From the NCBI RefSeq assembly GCF_000009605.1, contig NC_002528.1:390001-422000 (forward strand): a stretch of 32,000 nucleotides of DNA. Reading direction: 5' to 3'. The translations under genes were made by a program, and so were the position numbers. Of the stretch, positions 21,548 through 32,000 are shown piece after piece. This DNA is from Buchnera aphidicola str. APS (Acyrthosiphon pisum) (GTDB taxonomy: Bacteria > Pseudomonadota > Gammaproteobacteria > Enterobacterales > Enterobacteriaceae). Below the pieces are notes generated by a model that was not told the origin of the DNA, made no database searches, and saw only the letters and a program-made list of their open reading frames with translations. The number at the start of each line of letters is the position of its first letter. The first letter of the stretch is position 1.

Positions 21548-23671
21548 TCAGATAATAGAATTATTTATTGATTTATTAGAAAGAATAGAACTGTCTATTT
21601 CTTTAATACTTAATCTTAAACGACCTTGACGGTCTATTTCCAGTACTTTTACAGATATTATTTGATCAATTTTTAAATGATTAGATACTTTATCTACTCT
21701 TTTATCAGAAATTTGTGAAATATGTACTAAACCTTCTTTTCCCAAACCAATCGAAACAAAAGCACCAAAATCAACAATACGAGTGACTTTTCCAGAATAA
21801 ATACGACCTACTTCAATTTCAGCTGTTATTTCTTTAATTCTACGAATAGCATTTTTTGCTTTTTCTTTAACTGTAGATGATATTTTTACTGTACCGTCAT
21901 CTTCAATTTCAATAATTGTTCCAGTTTCTTCAGTTAACATGCGAATAACAGAACCACCTTTGCCTATAACATCCTTAATTTTTTCAGGATTTATTTTTAT
22001 GATGTGAATACGGGGTGCAAATTCAGAGATTTCACTTCTAGACTCATTTAATGCTTGGTTCATTACGTTTAAAATATGAAGTCTAGCTAATCTTGCCTCA
22101 TTTAAAGCTGAATGTATAATTTCATTAGTAATACCCTCTATCTTCATATCCATCTGTAATGCTGTAATCCCTTCTTCTGTACCAGCAACTTTAAAATCCA
22201 TGTCTCCTAAATGATCTTCATCTCCTAAAATATCTGAAAGCAATACGTGTTGATTTCCTTCTTTAACTAAACCCATCGAAATTCCAGCAACAGCAGATTT
22301 AATCGGTACCCCAGCATCCATTAAAGCTAAAGAAGCACCACAAACAGAAGCCATAGAAGAAGAGCCGTTAGATTCAGTAATTTCAGATACTACTCTGATA
22401 GTATAAGGAAAATTCTCTAATGTCGGCATGACGGCTAAAAGACTTCTCTTAGCAAGACGACCATGACCAATCTCTCGTCTTTTAGGGGATCCAACCATTC
22501 CTATTTCCCCAACAGAATAAGGAGGAAAATTGTAATGAAATAAAAAATTATCTATTCTGTCTCCTAATAATTCATCTAAATTTTGTGCATCTCGAGATGT
22601 ACCTAAAGTTACAGAAACTAAGGATTGTGTTTCTCCTCTAGTAAACAAAGCGGAACCATGTGTTCTAGGTAAAATACCAGTACGAACATCTAATGCACGA
22701 ATCATATCTTTTTCTCGTCCATCAATACGTGTTTGGTTGCTTAATATACGTTTACGCACAACTTTTTTCTCAATTTTTTGAAAAATATCTTCTATTTCTA
22801 GCGTATCTATGTTTGAATTTTCATCTAAAAATAATTTAATTATATTTTCCTTAATACTATTTAATTTTTCAATTCTATCTTGTTTGTTAAAAATGACGTA
22901 AGCATCACTTATATTTTTTTCAAATGAATTGATAATTTTTAATTCTAATGTTTTGTTTGTTTCTGGGTAAGATATAACCCAAGGAAGCTTGCTCGCTTCA
23001 TTTGATAGAGAACGAATATTATTAATTACCACTTGTTGTTGCTGATGTCCGAATATAATAGCTCCGAGAATTTTTTCCTCGCTAAGTATTTTAGATTCAG
23101 CTTCAACCATAAGAATTGCATTTTGAGTGCCCGATACGACTAAATCTAACGAACTATTTTTCATATCATCACTAATAGGATTTAAAATATATTGATTATT
23201 GATATAACCTACTCTAGCTGCACCTACTGGTCCATAAAATGGAATCCCCGATAAACTAAGAGCCGCAGATGCGCCTATGATGGAAATTATATCAGGATTA
23301 ATCTGGGGGTTAACTGATACTACTGTAGCAATTATTTGAATTTCATTAAGAAATTTTTTCGGGAATAACGGTCGAAGGGGTCGATCTATTAATCGAGCAG
23401 TTAATATTTCATTTTCACTAGGGCGTCCTTCCCTTCTAAAAAAACCGCCAGGTATCCGACCCGCAGCATATGTACGTTCTTGATAATTAACAGTAAGTGG
23501 AAAAAATTTCTGTCCTGTGTGTATTTTTTTTTGTCCAACAACAGTTACAAAAACTGCAGTTTCATCCATACTAGCCATAACAGCAGCGTTAGCCTGTCGA
23601 GCTATTACACCCGTTTCTAAAGTGATTGTATGTTGACCGTATTGAAATTTGCGTACAATTGGATTTAGCAA
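21548..23671 (-). CDS. pnp: Polyribonucleotide nucleotidyltransferase (PNPase)
   Basis: 707 aa; TTG start, [54 protein letters not shown] motif [10 protein letters not shown]1 domain at the C-terminus. Confidence 0.98.
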   Translation of the reverse strand: MLNPIVRKFQYGQHTITLETGVIARQANAAVMASMDETAVFVTVVGQKKIHTGQKFFPLTVNYQERTYAAGRIPGGFFRREGRPSENEILTARLIDRPLRPLFPKKFLNEIQIIATVVSVNPQINPDIISIIGASAALSLSGIPFYGPVGAARVGYINNQYILNPISDDMKNSSLDLVVSGTQNAILMVEAESKILSEEKILGAIIFGHQQQQVVINNIRSLSNEASKLPWVISYPETNKTLELKIINSFEKNISDAYVIFNKQDRIEKLNSIKENIIKLFLDENSNIDTLEIEDIFQKIEKKVVRKRILSNQTRIDGREKDMIRALDVRTGILPRTHGSALFTRGETQSLVSVTLGTSRDAQNLDELLGDRIDNFLFHYNFPPYSVGEIGMVGSPKRREIGHGRLAKRSLLAVMPTLENFPYTIRVVSEITESNGSSSMASVCGASLALMDAGVPIKSAVAGISMGLVKEGNQHVLLSDILGDEDHLGDMDFKVAGTEEGITALQMDMKIEGITNEIIHSALNEARLARLHILNVMNQALNESRSEISEFAPRIHIIKINPEKIKDVIGKGGSVIRMLTEETGTIIEIEDDGTVKISSTVKEKAKNAIRRIKEITAEIEVGRIYSGKVTRIVDFGAFVSIGLGKEGLVHISQISDKRVDKVSNHLKIDQIISVKVLEIDRQGRLRLSIKEIDSSILSNKSINNSII

Positions 23672-23787
23672 AATAATATCCTTAACATGAAACTAATTTT
23701 TTAATAAAAATATACTATATTATTGAATTTTTTTTTATCATAAATAAAAAAATAGGTTTTTAATTTACAAAATCGAAATAAAATCGT

Positions 23788-23812
23788 AAAAAAAGGGCTA
23801 ATAAAGCCCTTT
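23788..23812 (-). terminator. Rho-independent terminator downstream of rpsO, upstream of pnp
   Basis: Minus strand AAAGGGCT-TTATT-AGCCCTTTTTTT: 8-bp stem, 5-nt loop, followed by a T run. Confidence 0.85.
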
Positions 23813-23872
23813 GAAAAATTTATTTTTTATTTTATGAAAATATTTTAATTTTATGATTTTTATAAAAACTTC

Positions 23873-24142
23873 TTATCGTCTTAAATGTAGATCTTCAATT
23901 AAGGCACTATAACGAGATATATTCTTTTTCTTTAAATAATCTAATAATTTACGACGTTTTGATACCATATTTAAAAGACCTCTACGACTACAATGATCTT
24001 TTTTATGTTGAGAAAAATGTATTTGAAGGTAATTAATTTGATTTGTCAACAATACAACTTGTACTTCTGTTATTCCACTATTTTGTTCTGATTTACCATA
24101 TTTTAAAATAATTTTTTTAGTATCTATTGCAGATAAAGACAT
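23873..24142 (-). CDS. rpsO: 30S ribosomal protein S15
   Basis: [72 protein letters not shown]. Start placed at the internal ATG (24142), not the ORF-track ATG at 24157, by homology. Confidence 0.97.
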   Translation of the reverse strand: MSLSAIDTKKIILKYGKSEQNSGITEVQVVLLTNQINYLQIHFSQHKKDHCSRRGLLNMVSKRRKLLDYLKKKNISRYSALIEDLHLRR

Positions 24143-24246
24143 GTAGTAGTACTCCAATATATTAAAAACTGTATTAAATTACTTCCAAATTAATCAGGTT
24201 ATTTTAAAATAATATCATGCTAATCTTAAATTTAATAGTGAATAAC

Positions 24247-25185
24247 TTAATTAATAGATCTAGAAACTAATCTATATGGAATCAATAATTCTTCTGTATT
24301 AATTCTTCCTAATCCAATAAATTTATTATTTTCTAATGCTATTACACGTACTAGACTATTTTTGATATCAGAAAAAAAAATTACAGTTTGTCCTAATTGA
24401 AAATTATATGATTGTTGAGGAAAAAGATATACTTTAGGTAAAAAAGATACAGGGCTATCTATAGGCATTAATAAATTATCTATTTTTTCGAAGAAATTAA
24501 AATTATTGTTTTTTTCTTTTCTTAATAATTTATGTAAATATGAAATTGTGACTAGTTGACTATGAAGATATGAAGCCATTTCTAAACGACGTAAAAAAAT
24601 CACATGAGCTCCACAACCTAATTTTTCCCCTAAATCCTCCACTAATGTGCGAACATATGTTCCTTTTGAACAAAATATTTTAAATTCGATTAAGTTTTTT
24701 TCTTGATGAATAGAACTTATATCATGTATAAGAACTTTTCTTATACTACGCTTAATATTTAATCCTTGACGTGCATATTTATACAAGGGCACACCATTAT
24801 GTTTGATTGCAGAATACATTGGAGGAATTTGTTCAATCAAACCAGTTAACTCCTTGAGAGCAGATTTTATTTTAAAAGAATTAATTAAAATAGGGCGTTT
24901 TTTTATGATAATTCCATCAGAATCAGATGTAGATGTTTTTTCCCCTAATTTAGCAATAACATGATATTTTTTATTAGATTCCATTAAATAATGAGAAAAT
25001 TTTGAACATTCTCCAAAACAAATTGGTAGCATACCTGTTGCTAACGGATCTAGAGTACCAATATAACCTGCTTTTTTTGCACTAAAAAGCATCTTAACTT
25101 TTTGTAAGGCATTATTAGAAGATATTCCCTGTGGTTTATCTAGTAAAAGTAATCCATGAACATCGCGTTTTTTATGAAAAAACAT
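24247..25185 (-). CDS. truB: tRNA pseudouridine(55) synthase
   Basis: 312 aa; GLLLLDKPQGISSNNALQKVK, GYIGTLDPLATGMLPICFGECSKFS, CSKGTYVRTLVEDLGEKLG. Confidence 0.97.
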   Translation of the reverse strand: MFFHKKRDVHGLLLLDKPQGISSNNALQKVKMLFSAKKAGYIGTLDPLATGMLPICFGECSKFSHYLMESNKKYHVIAKLGEKTSTSDSDGIIIKKRPILINSFKIKSALKELTGLIEQIPPMYSAIKHNGVPLYKYARQGLNIKRSIRKVLIHDISSIHQEKNLIEFKIFCSKGTYVRTLVEDLGEKLGCGAHVIFLRRLEMASYLHSQLVTISYLHKLLRKEKNNNFNFFEKIDNLLMPIDSPVSFLPKVYLFPQQSYNFQLGQTVIFFSDIKNSLVRVIALENNKFIGLGRINTEELLIPYRLVSRSIN

Positions 25186-25222
25186 CTATTTTCCTTTATT
25201 TTATTGATAAAAAAAAGTATTC

Positions 25223-25585
25223 TTATTCTTTTTTTGTCAAATTTTCTAAAATACAAGAAATTTTATTACCTTTTAAAAAAGAATCATCATGATGAAAAAT
25301 AATATTTGGAACGATTCGTAATTTCATTCTTTTACATAATAACTTTCGGATATAACTAGAAGCTCTATTTAATATAGTTATTTTTTTTTTTACCTTCTCA
25401 TTATTATCACTTTCTAAAAAACTAACAAATATTTGTGCATAAGATAAATCTTTTGAAACTTGTACTTCAGAAACTGTTATAATTGTTTTAATACGTGGAT
25501 CTTTAAGTGAATGCTGTATAATTGCAGCTATTTTTTTTTGCAATTCTTGAGCAATACGATCAGAGCGATTGAATAATTTTTCCAT
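25223..25585 (-). CDS. rbfA: Ribosome-binding factor A
   Basis: MEKLFNRSDRIAQELQKKIAAIIQHSLKDPRIKTIITVSEVQVSKDLSYAQIFVSF...RIVPNIIFHHDDS. Start chosen at the ATG nearest to the RbfA N-terminus; the ORF track begins 5 codons earlier at 25600. Confidence 0.93.
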   Translation of the reverse strand: MEKLFNRSDRIAQELQKKIAAIIQHSLKDPRIKTIITVSEVQVSKDLSYAQIFVSFLESDNNEKVKKKITILNRASSYIRKLLCKRMKLRIVPNIIFHHDDSFLKGNKISCILENLTKKE

Positions 25586-25630
25586 AATTATACTACCCAA
25601 TTAAATATCTTATAAAATATACATTATGGT

Positions 25631-28225
25631 TTATAATATTCTCTTCATTTCTCTAACTTCAAAAACCTCAATAATATCTCCAACACGTATATCATTGTAA
25701 TTTTTTATACCAATTCCACACTCTAATCCATTACGTATTTCATTCACATCCTCTTTAAAACGACGCAACGATTCCAATTCGCCTTCATATATTACGATGT
25801 TATTTCTTAATATATGAATTGGATTGCTGCGCTTAATTACTCCTTCTGTAACCATGCAACCAGCAATTAAACCAAATTTAGGAGATTTAAATGTATTTCT
25901 TACTTCAGCTAAACCAATAATATTTTCTTTGTATTCGGGTGATAATAGACCCGTCATGGCTGCTTTAACTTCATCGAGTAAATCATAAATAACTGAATAA
26001 TATCGCAGATCTAAATGTTCTGAATTAATTATTTTTTTAGCAGAAGTATCTGCACGAACATTAAATCCTAAAATAATAGCATTAGACGCTAGTGCTAAAG
26101 AAGCATCTGTTTCTGTAATACCTCCAATTCCTAATCCTATTATTTTTATTTTTACTTCTTCAGTAGATAATTTTAATAAAGCTCCAGAAATCGCTTCTAA
26201 AGAACCTTGTATATCAGATTTTAGAATAATTTTTAATTCGGAAACATTATTTTTATTTATGTCATCAAACATATTTTCTAAATTTATTCTGTTTTGGTTT
26301 GATAATTTTTTTTCACGAGACTTTTCTTTACGATAAGAAGCTACTTCTCTTGCTTTTTTCTCATCACGAACCACAGTAACTACATCACCAGAAAAGGGTA
26401 CTTTAGATAACCCTAAAACTTCTACTGGAATAGATGGACCTGCACTGAAAACTTCATTTCCACTAGCATCACGTAAAGATTTAATACGACCATATTCAAA
26501 TCCACACAATATTACATCTCCTTTTTTTAGCTGTCCTTTTTTCACTAATACTGTAGCTATTGGACCTCGTCCTTTATCTAAAAAAGACTCTACAACAATA
26601 CCTTCAGCCATTCCAGTAGTTACTGCTTTTAATTCTAACATTTCTGCTTGTAGTAAAATTACGTTTAATAATTTATTAATCCCTTTTCCTGTTTTTGCAG
26701 AAACGGATACGAAAATATTCTCACCACCCCATTCTTCTGAAAGAATGTTATATTTCATCAAGTCGTTTCTTACTTTATCAATATCAGAATCGGTTTTATC
26801 AATTTTATTAATAGCAACTATTACAGGAACATTAGCTTCTTTTGCGTGTTGGATAGCCTCAATTGTTTGTGGCATTACCCCGTCATCTGCAGCAACAACT
26901 AAAATAACAATATCAGTTATCTGAACTCCACGAGATCTCATTGCAGTAAATGCTGAGTGTCCGGGTGTGTCTAAAAAGGTAATGGAACCTAAATCAGTTT
27001 TTACATGATAGGCACCAATGTTTTGTGTAATTCCACCTGCTTCGTAAAATGCGGTTTTTGTTGAACGAATATAATCTAATAAAGATGTTTTTCCATGATC
27101 AACATGTCCCATTATAGTAACGACTGGAGCTCTAATAGCAGAAACATCGTTTCCTGTGTCACGATCTTTCATAATTAGTTCTTCTAATGCATTTTCACGA
27201 TGTACAATAACTTTATGACCCATTTCTTCTGCAATTAACTGAGCTGTATCTTGGTCAAGAACATGATTAATAGTTCCAATAATACCCATGTTCATCATAT
27301 TTTTAATGACTTCGGAACTTTTTATAGCCATTTTATTTGCTAAATCGGACACAGTAATCGTATTACTTATGATAACATCTCTATTAATTATAGATTCTGG
27401 TTTTTGAAAAACTTGTTGTAATAAAATAGGTTTATTTTTTTGTTTACTATTTTTCTTATTACGATTAAAAGTACGAATTTCTTCTTTATTATATCTTCCA
27501 TTATGAAAATTTTTATTATTCTTCTTTTGACGATAATTTTTTAAAATTCGCCCATGATTTCTTTTATCTATTTCTACTTCTCTATCATTCTCATCTTCGG
27601 CCTGACGTGCGTGTAAAAATGTTGTTAAATGATAATCTTGTTTTTCTTCTTTATGAGATATCCGAATATCTTTGTTTTCTTTAATTCTTTTTTTGTGGTT
27701 TAAATCAAAAGAATTAGATTCTCTATGTTGATTGAATTTTTTATTTTGTTCATCTTTATTTGAAATTTTTAGTTTGTTTTCTTTTTTTGTATTTAAAGAT
27801 CTTGAATCACTTTTATTTAACTCTATTTTTTCTATATTTTTTATGTATTTTTTTTCTTTATTCTTTAAAGATGACGTTTTCTGCATTGAATGTTTAATTA
27901 CTTTTTTTTCATTTAAAAAAGATTCATTTTCAAATTTATTGTTTTTTACATAAGCTCTTTTTTTTCTAACTTCTACTTGTACAGATTTGTTTTTTCCTCC
28001 AACCGTTGAAATTCTTAAAGTACTGCGTGTTTTTCTTTGTAAAACTAAAGTATCTAAAGAGTATTTTTTTTTAGATTCTAAATGTTTCAATAAAATATTT
28101 TTTTCAAGTACATTAATATAATTGTCTTCAGTTTTTGTTATACCGATAATAGATAATTCTTTTATTAATTCTTGAATTGATATCTTTATTTCATTAGATA
28201 AAACTTTTAAACTTATATCTGGCAT
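25631..28225 (-). CDS. infB: Translation initiation factor IF-2
   Basis: 864 aa; [51 protein letters not shown]; Lys/Asn-rich N-terminal region. Confidence 0.98.
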   Translation of the reverse strand: MPDISLKVLSNEIKISIQELIKELSIIGITKTEDNYINVLEKNILLKHLESKKKYSLDTLVLQRKTRSTLRISTVGGKNKSVQVEVRKKRAYVKNNKFENESFLNEKKVIKHSMQKTSSLKNKEKKYIKNIEKIELNKSDSRSLNTKKENKLKISNKDEQNKKFNQHRESNSFDLNHKKRIKENKDIRISHKEEKQDYHLTTFLHARQAEDENDREVEIDKRNHGRILKNYRQKKNNKNFHNGRYNKEEIRTFNRNKKNSKQKNKPILLQQVFQKPESIINRDVIISNTITVSDLANKMAIKSSEVIKNMMNMGIIGTINHVLDQDTAQLIAEEMGHKVIVHRENALEELIMKDRDTGNDVSAIRAPVVTIMGHVDHGKTSLLDYIRSTKTAFYEAGGITQNIGAYHVKTDLGSITFLDTPGHSAFTAMRSRGVQITDIVILVVAADDGVMPQTIEAIQHAKEANVPVIVAINKIDKTDSDIDKVRNDLMKYNILSEEWGGENIFVSVSAKTGKGINKLLNVILLQAEMLELKAVTTGMAEGIVVESFLDKGRGPIATVLVKKGQLKKGDVILCGFEYGRIKSLRDASGNEVFSAGPSIPVEVLGLSKVPFSGDVVTVVRDEKKAREVASYRKEKSREKKLSNQNRINLENMFDDINKNNVSELKIILKSDIQGSLEAISGALLKLSTEEVKIKIIGLGIGGITETDASLALASNAIILGFNVRADTSAKKIINSEHLDLRYYSVIYDLLDEVKAAMTGLLSPEYKENIIGLAEVRNTFKSPKFGLIAGCMVTEGVIKRSNPIHILRNNIVIYEGELESLRRFKEDVNEIRNGLECGIGIKNYNDIRVGDIIEVFEVREMKRIL

Positions 28226-28242
28226 ACTATTCTTCCTATTTA

Positions 28243-29733
28243 TCAGACTTTACTACTAAACCAACAGATATTACGAGCAGTCATAATTAATAACCCAGCT
28301 TGTTCAGAATTTAAATTTTTAATATCAGTTAAATCGTCAATTCCTTGATCAGCTAATTCTTCTATAGTAAATATATTTTTTTCGGCTAATTGCAAAGCTA
28401 GTACTGCGTTCATTCCATTTATTTTTAATAACTCTTTTTCTGTTTTTCTTTCTTGTATTATCATTTTATTTTTATCTGATTCCATTAAGAGAAGTTTACT
28501 TTTCGCGCCTTCACGTACTTTTTTTGCTTGATCTTCAGTTAAATTTTTAACTTCTAGTAATTCGTTAAATGGTATGTATGCCAACTCTTCAAGAGAAGAA
28601 AAACCTTCTTTAACTAAAATTTTAATAATATTTTCATTTATATTTAAATTTTTTTTAAAAAAATTAAAAGCAGTATGAGCTTCTTCTTTATGTTTAGAAT
28701 GAAGATCTTCTGTAGTCATAACATTTAATTCCCAACCACTAATTTGAGAAGCTAAACGAACATTTTGACCATTTCGACCAATGGCTTGAGCTAAATTATT
28801 TATATCTACTGCTATATCCATAGTATGACAATCCTCATCTACAACAATAGAAGCTACATCAGCCGGAGCCATAGCATTTATAACGAATTGAGCTGGATTA
28901 TCATCCCATAAAATAATATCAATACGCTCTCCACATAATTCGCTAGATACCGCTTGTACCCGAGCACCTCTCATACCCACACAAGCTCCTACAGGATCAA
29001 TACGCTTATCATTAGTCTTAACTGCAATTTTAGCACGAGAACCTGGGTCTCGTGCAGCAGCTTTTATTTCGATTACTTCTTCTCCAATCTCAGGGACTTC
29101 TATTCGAAACAATTCAGTAAGCATTTCAGTTTTTGAACGACTTATAAATAGCTGAGCACCACGAGCTTCTGGATACACCCCATATAAAATACCACGAATA
29201 CGATCTCCTGGACGAAAGTTTTCTCTTGGCAGCATGCCTTCACGTAAAATTAATGCTTCAGCATTATTACCTAGATCTAACATTATGTTGTCTCGATTAA
29301 TTTTTTTAACTATTCCGGTAATTATTTGACCGGTATATTTGCGAAATTGTTCCACTAACATTGCTCGTTCTGCTTCACGAACTTTTTGAACAATCACTTG
29401 TTTTGCAGTTTGAGTTGTTATTCTATCAAAATCAACAGATTCAATTTGTTCTTCTATATAATCATTAAGATAAACTTTTTCGCCATCAAAACATGCTGCT
29501 TCTAAAGTGATTTCTCTAGTTGGTTGAGTTACTGTTTCTACTACCATCCAACGTCGAAAAGTAGTGAAGCCCCCAGTTTTTCGATTAATACTTACTCTGA
29601 TATCAATTTCTTGTTCATGTTTTTTCTTAGTCGCCGTTGCTAATGCCATTTCTAAAGCTTCAAAAATTTTTTCGCGAGGTAGAGATTTTTCATTAGAAAC
29701 AGCCTCGACAACAGCTAAGATTTCTTTATTCAT
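28243..29733 (-). CDS. nusA: Transcription termination/antitermination protein NusA
   Basis: [28 protein letters not shown]..., [66 protein letters not shown]. Start set at the ATG at 29733 rather than the ORF-track 29748. Confidence 0.97.
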   Translation of the reverse strand: MNKEILAVVEAVSNEKSLPREKIFEALEMALATATKKKHEQEIDIRVSINRKTGGFTTFRRWMVVETVTQPTREITLEAACFDGEKVYLNDYIEEQIESVDFDRITTQTAKQVIVQKVREAERAMLVEQFRKYTGQIITGIVKKINRDNIMLDLGNNAEALILREGMLPRENFRPGDRIRGILYGVYPEARGAQLFISRSKTEMLTELFRIEVPEIGEEVIEIKAAARDPGSRAKIAVKTNDKRIDPVGACVGMRGARVQAVSSELCGERIDIILWDDNPAQFVINAMAPADVASIVVDEDCHTMDIAVDINNLAQAIGRNGQNVRLASQISGWELNVMTTEDLHSKHKEEAHTAFNFFKKNLNINENIIKILVKEGFSSLEELAYIPFNELLEVKNLTEDQAKKVREGAKSKLLLMESDKNKMIIQERKTEKELLKINGMNAVLALQLAEKNIFTIEELADQGIDDLTDIKNLNSEQAGLLIMTARNICWFSSKV

Positions 29734-29931
29734 CTTATGGAACCTCAAAATAAAAATTTTTAAAATGAATAATTACAACTCATTTTTTACATGTATTAAT
29801 TGAAAAAAAAATTAATTATGAAATTAGATAATTAATACACTAATTTTTATTAATCAAGAGTTTGTATAATTAATTATTACTTAATATTTAAAGATCAATT
29901 AAACTATATTATTTAGAAGAAACATTGTAAT

Positions 29932-29957
29932 AAAAAACCCCGAAAAGTCGGGGTTTT
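29932..29957 (-). terminator. Strong Rho-independent terminator between tRNA-Leu and nusA
   Basis: Minus strand AAAACCCCGA-CTTT-TCGGGGTTTTTT: 10-bp stem, 4-nt loop, T tract. Confidence 0.88.
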
Positions 29958-30074
29958 AGGTGCTATTACCCTATGTATAAAGTTATTATTAATAATTTTT
30001 TATCTCTGAAATATAGAAAAATATTATTACTTTTAAATGTAGTACAATCATGAAAAAATCATTTAATAATACTT

Positions 30075-30160
30075 TGGTACCGAGAATGGGACTCGAACCC
30101 ACACGCCTATTCGGCACTACCCCCTCAAGATAGCGTGTCTACCAATTCCACCACCTCGGC
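30075..30160 (-). tRNA. leuU: tRNA-Leu, anticodon GAG
   Basis: Minus strand GCCGAGGTGGTGGAATTGGTAGACACGCTATCTTGAGGGGGTAGTGCCGAATAGGCGTGTGGGTTCGAGTCCCATTCTCGGTACCA: encoded CCA, loop TTGAGGG, class II variable arm, next to secG as in E. coli leuU. Confidence 0.96.
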
Positions 30161-30205
30161 AAAAATGTATTATAATTACATATTTTTTATATTAAATGAA
30201 AATAA

Positions 30206-30535
30206 TTAATTAGGTATATCGAGATTTAATTTTTTTTTATCTAAAACATGTTTTTTTGTTATGGTGTTGTTTTGATTATCTTCCCAAAAAAAATCCGAAT
30301 CAATTCTTTTACTATTAATATTACACAAAATAATACTTATCAATAAAAAGAAAAAAGCAAGAATTTTAATAATTTTAGTAATAAAATTATTAGTTCCTAT
30401 ACTATTAAAAAATTTAATATTATTTTTCGTATGTGAATGAACTGTATTATTCAGTCCTTTTCCCGGTTGAAGTAAAATAAAAAAAATTAAAGAAAAGGAA
30501 ATAAAAATAAAAACAATCAAAAAAAATAAATACAT
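30206..30535 (-). CDS. secG: Preprotein translocase subunit SecG
   Basis: 109 aa; two TM segments, [29 protein letters not shown]-terminal DIPN. Confidence 0.93.
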
Positions 30536-30796
30536 AAAGAGTTATTTCCTTTGTTAAAAAAAATAATTATTAAAATATATTACTGTTTACTTAAATATGC
30601 TTTTTTATTAAAAAAAATTTTTATTTTTTATAAAGAATTTATATATAAGATTTTACATATAAATTATCTATTTTTTAAATGATATTGCTTGTCTATTCTA
30701 TAAAATATATATTTTTCTATTTTATACTCTGAATAAATAAATAAATGATAATTTCCCAAAATTTATCACAACTATTATTTTTATGAAATATATAAA

Positions 30797-32000
30797 TTAA
30801 AGTAATTTAATAGTTTTTCCAATATATTGAGCTAATTCATAAACTTTTAAATAATCTTCACCTTCTACCATAATTCTAATACATGGTTCTGTACCAGATC
30901 GTCGTACTAAAACACGACTATTTTGACCTAAAATATTTTTATATTGAGTGAGAATATTTTGTATTTTTATATCTTTTTCAAAATCTTTATCTTGTTTTAA
31001 AAAAATATTAAGAAAAACTTGAGGAAAAAGTTTTATTTGATTTGATAAATCATATAAAGTCATATGATTATTAATCATAGTTAACAAAACTTGTAAACTA
31101 GCTATAATTCCATCACCAGTAGAATGCTTATCTAACAAAACAATATGTCCTGATTTTTCTGCTCCTAGTATCCACTTTTTTTCTTTAATTTTTTCGTATA
31201 CATTTCGATCCCCTATTTGTGCGGGACAAAAAGGAATTCCAAGTTTTTTTAAACCTAGAATTACACCCATATTAGTCATTGAAGTACCTACAACACCACC
31301 TTTTAATTTATTTTCTTTTAAATATTCTTTTGCAATAATATAAATTATTTGATCTCCATCTACTTGATTTCCTAAATGATCTACCATAATGACACGATCT
31401 CCATCTCCATCAAATGCTAAACCAAGATCAGCTGATTCTGATAAAACTATTTTTTTTAACATCAAGATATTAGTAGATCCTGAATTTTGATTTATATTAA
31501 CTCCATTAGGATTAATAGCAACAGTGATTACCCTTGCTCCTAAATCTTCAAAAATTTTAGGTGCTATCTTAAAAGTTGCACCATTAGCGCAATCTAAAAT
31601 AATAGTAAATTTTGATAAATTTAAATCTTTTGGAAAATTTTTTTTGCAAAAGTCAATATACAGACTTTCAGGATCTAAAATATTATTAGAATGACCAAAA
31701 TTTACATAATCAGGATATAAAAAAGTATGTTGTACTTTTTGCTCAATAGAAAACTCTATTTCTTTAGTTAATTTAACCCCATTTTTATAGAAGATTTTTA
31801 TTCCATTGTCATAAAAAGGATTGTGGGAACCCGAAATAACAATTCCAGCAGAAGCATTTAAAGATTTAGTAAAATAAGAGATGGCTGATGTGGGCATACA
31901 ACCAGCTAGTAAAGTAGATACTCCTGTAGACAAAATACCAAATTCTAAAATAGACTGTAACATGGTTCCAGAAATACGAGTATCTCTTCCAATAATAATT
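30797..32000 (-). CDS. glmM: Phosphoglucosamine mutase, 5' end beyond the window
   Basis: ORF continues past the track's ATG (31963) to the edge as IIIGRDTRISGTMLQSILEFG...; GIVISGSHNPFYDNGIKIF, DGDGDRVIMVDHLG, GAEKSGHIVLLD, VRRSGTEPCIRIMVEG. Confidence 0.96.
   Translation of the reverse strand, partial: IIIGRDTRISGTMLQSILEFGILSTGVSTLLAGCMPTSAISYFTKSLNASAGIVISGSHNPFYDNGIKIFYKNGVKLTKEIEFSIEQKVQHTFLYPDYVNFGHSNNILDPESLYIDFCKKNFPKDLNLSKFTIILDCANGATFKIAPKIFEDLGARVITVAINPNGVNINQNSGSTNILMLKKIVLSESADLGLAFDGDGDRVIMVDHLGNQVDGDQIIYIIAKEYLKENKLKGGVVGTSMTNMGVILGLKKLGIPFCPAQIGDRNVYEKIKEKKWILGAEKSGHIVLLDKHSTGDGIIASLQVLLTMINNHMTLYDLSNQIKLFPQVFLNIFLKQDKDFEKDIKIQNILTQYKNILGQNSRVLVRRSGTEPCIRIMVEGEDYLKVYELAQYIGKTIKLL

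Noticed and set aside
27732-29803. Plus-strand ORFs 27732-27953, 28954-29136, 29564-29803
   Set aside because: Antisense shadows of infB and nusA; the first reflects the low-complexity Lys/Asn/Glu-rich IF-2 N-terminal region.
1-32000. Search by eye for CRISPR arrays, transposases, phage genes, toxin-antitoxin or defence systems
   Set aside because: No regularly spaced repeats or related motifs seen; every substantial ORF is explained by a conserved housekeeping gene.

Overview
Gene-dense, very AT-rich window that looks like a reduced insect-endosymbiont chromosome. Gene order and protein sequences look Buchnera-like, closely related to enteric Gammaproteobacteria; this lineage call is inference from memory, not a search. 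Content: 3' end of hinT, lpoB-like lipoprotein, OmpF/OmpC-type porin, asnS, pncB, pyrD (frame-disrupted at a homopolymer), rlmL (RlmKL fusion), uup, trhO (yceA), valS, pepA, argI/argF-type OTCase, pyrB, pyrI, ridA, deaD, pnp, rpsO, truB, rbfA, infB, nusA, tRNA-Leu(GAG), secG and a partial glmM. I see no mobile elements, CRISPR arrays, phage, toxin-antitoxin or novel multi-gene systems. The most interesting signals are small: (1) an 8-codon upstream ORF (MSYVDWPL*) in the deaD leader matching the N-terminal extension once annotated for E. coli DeaD; (2) a -1 frame disruption of pyrD at A8/T10 homopolymers, a candidate for transcriptional slippage rescue; (3) several GC-rich hairpins standing out from AT-rich spacers.
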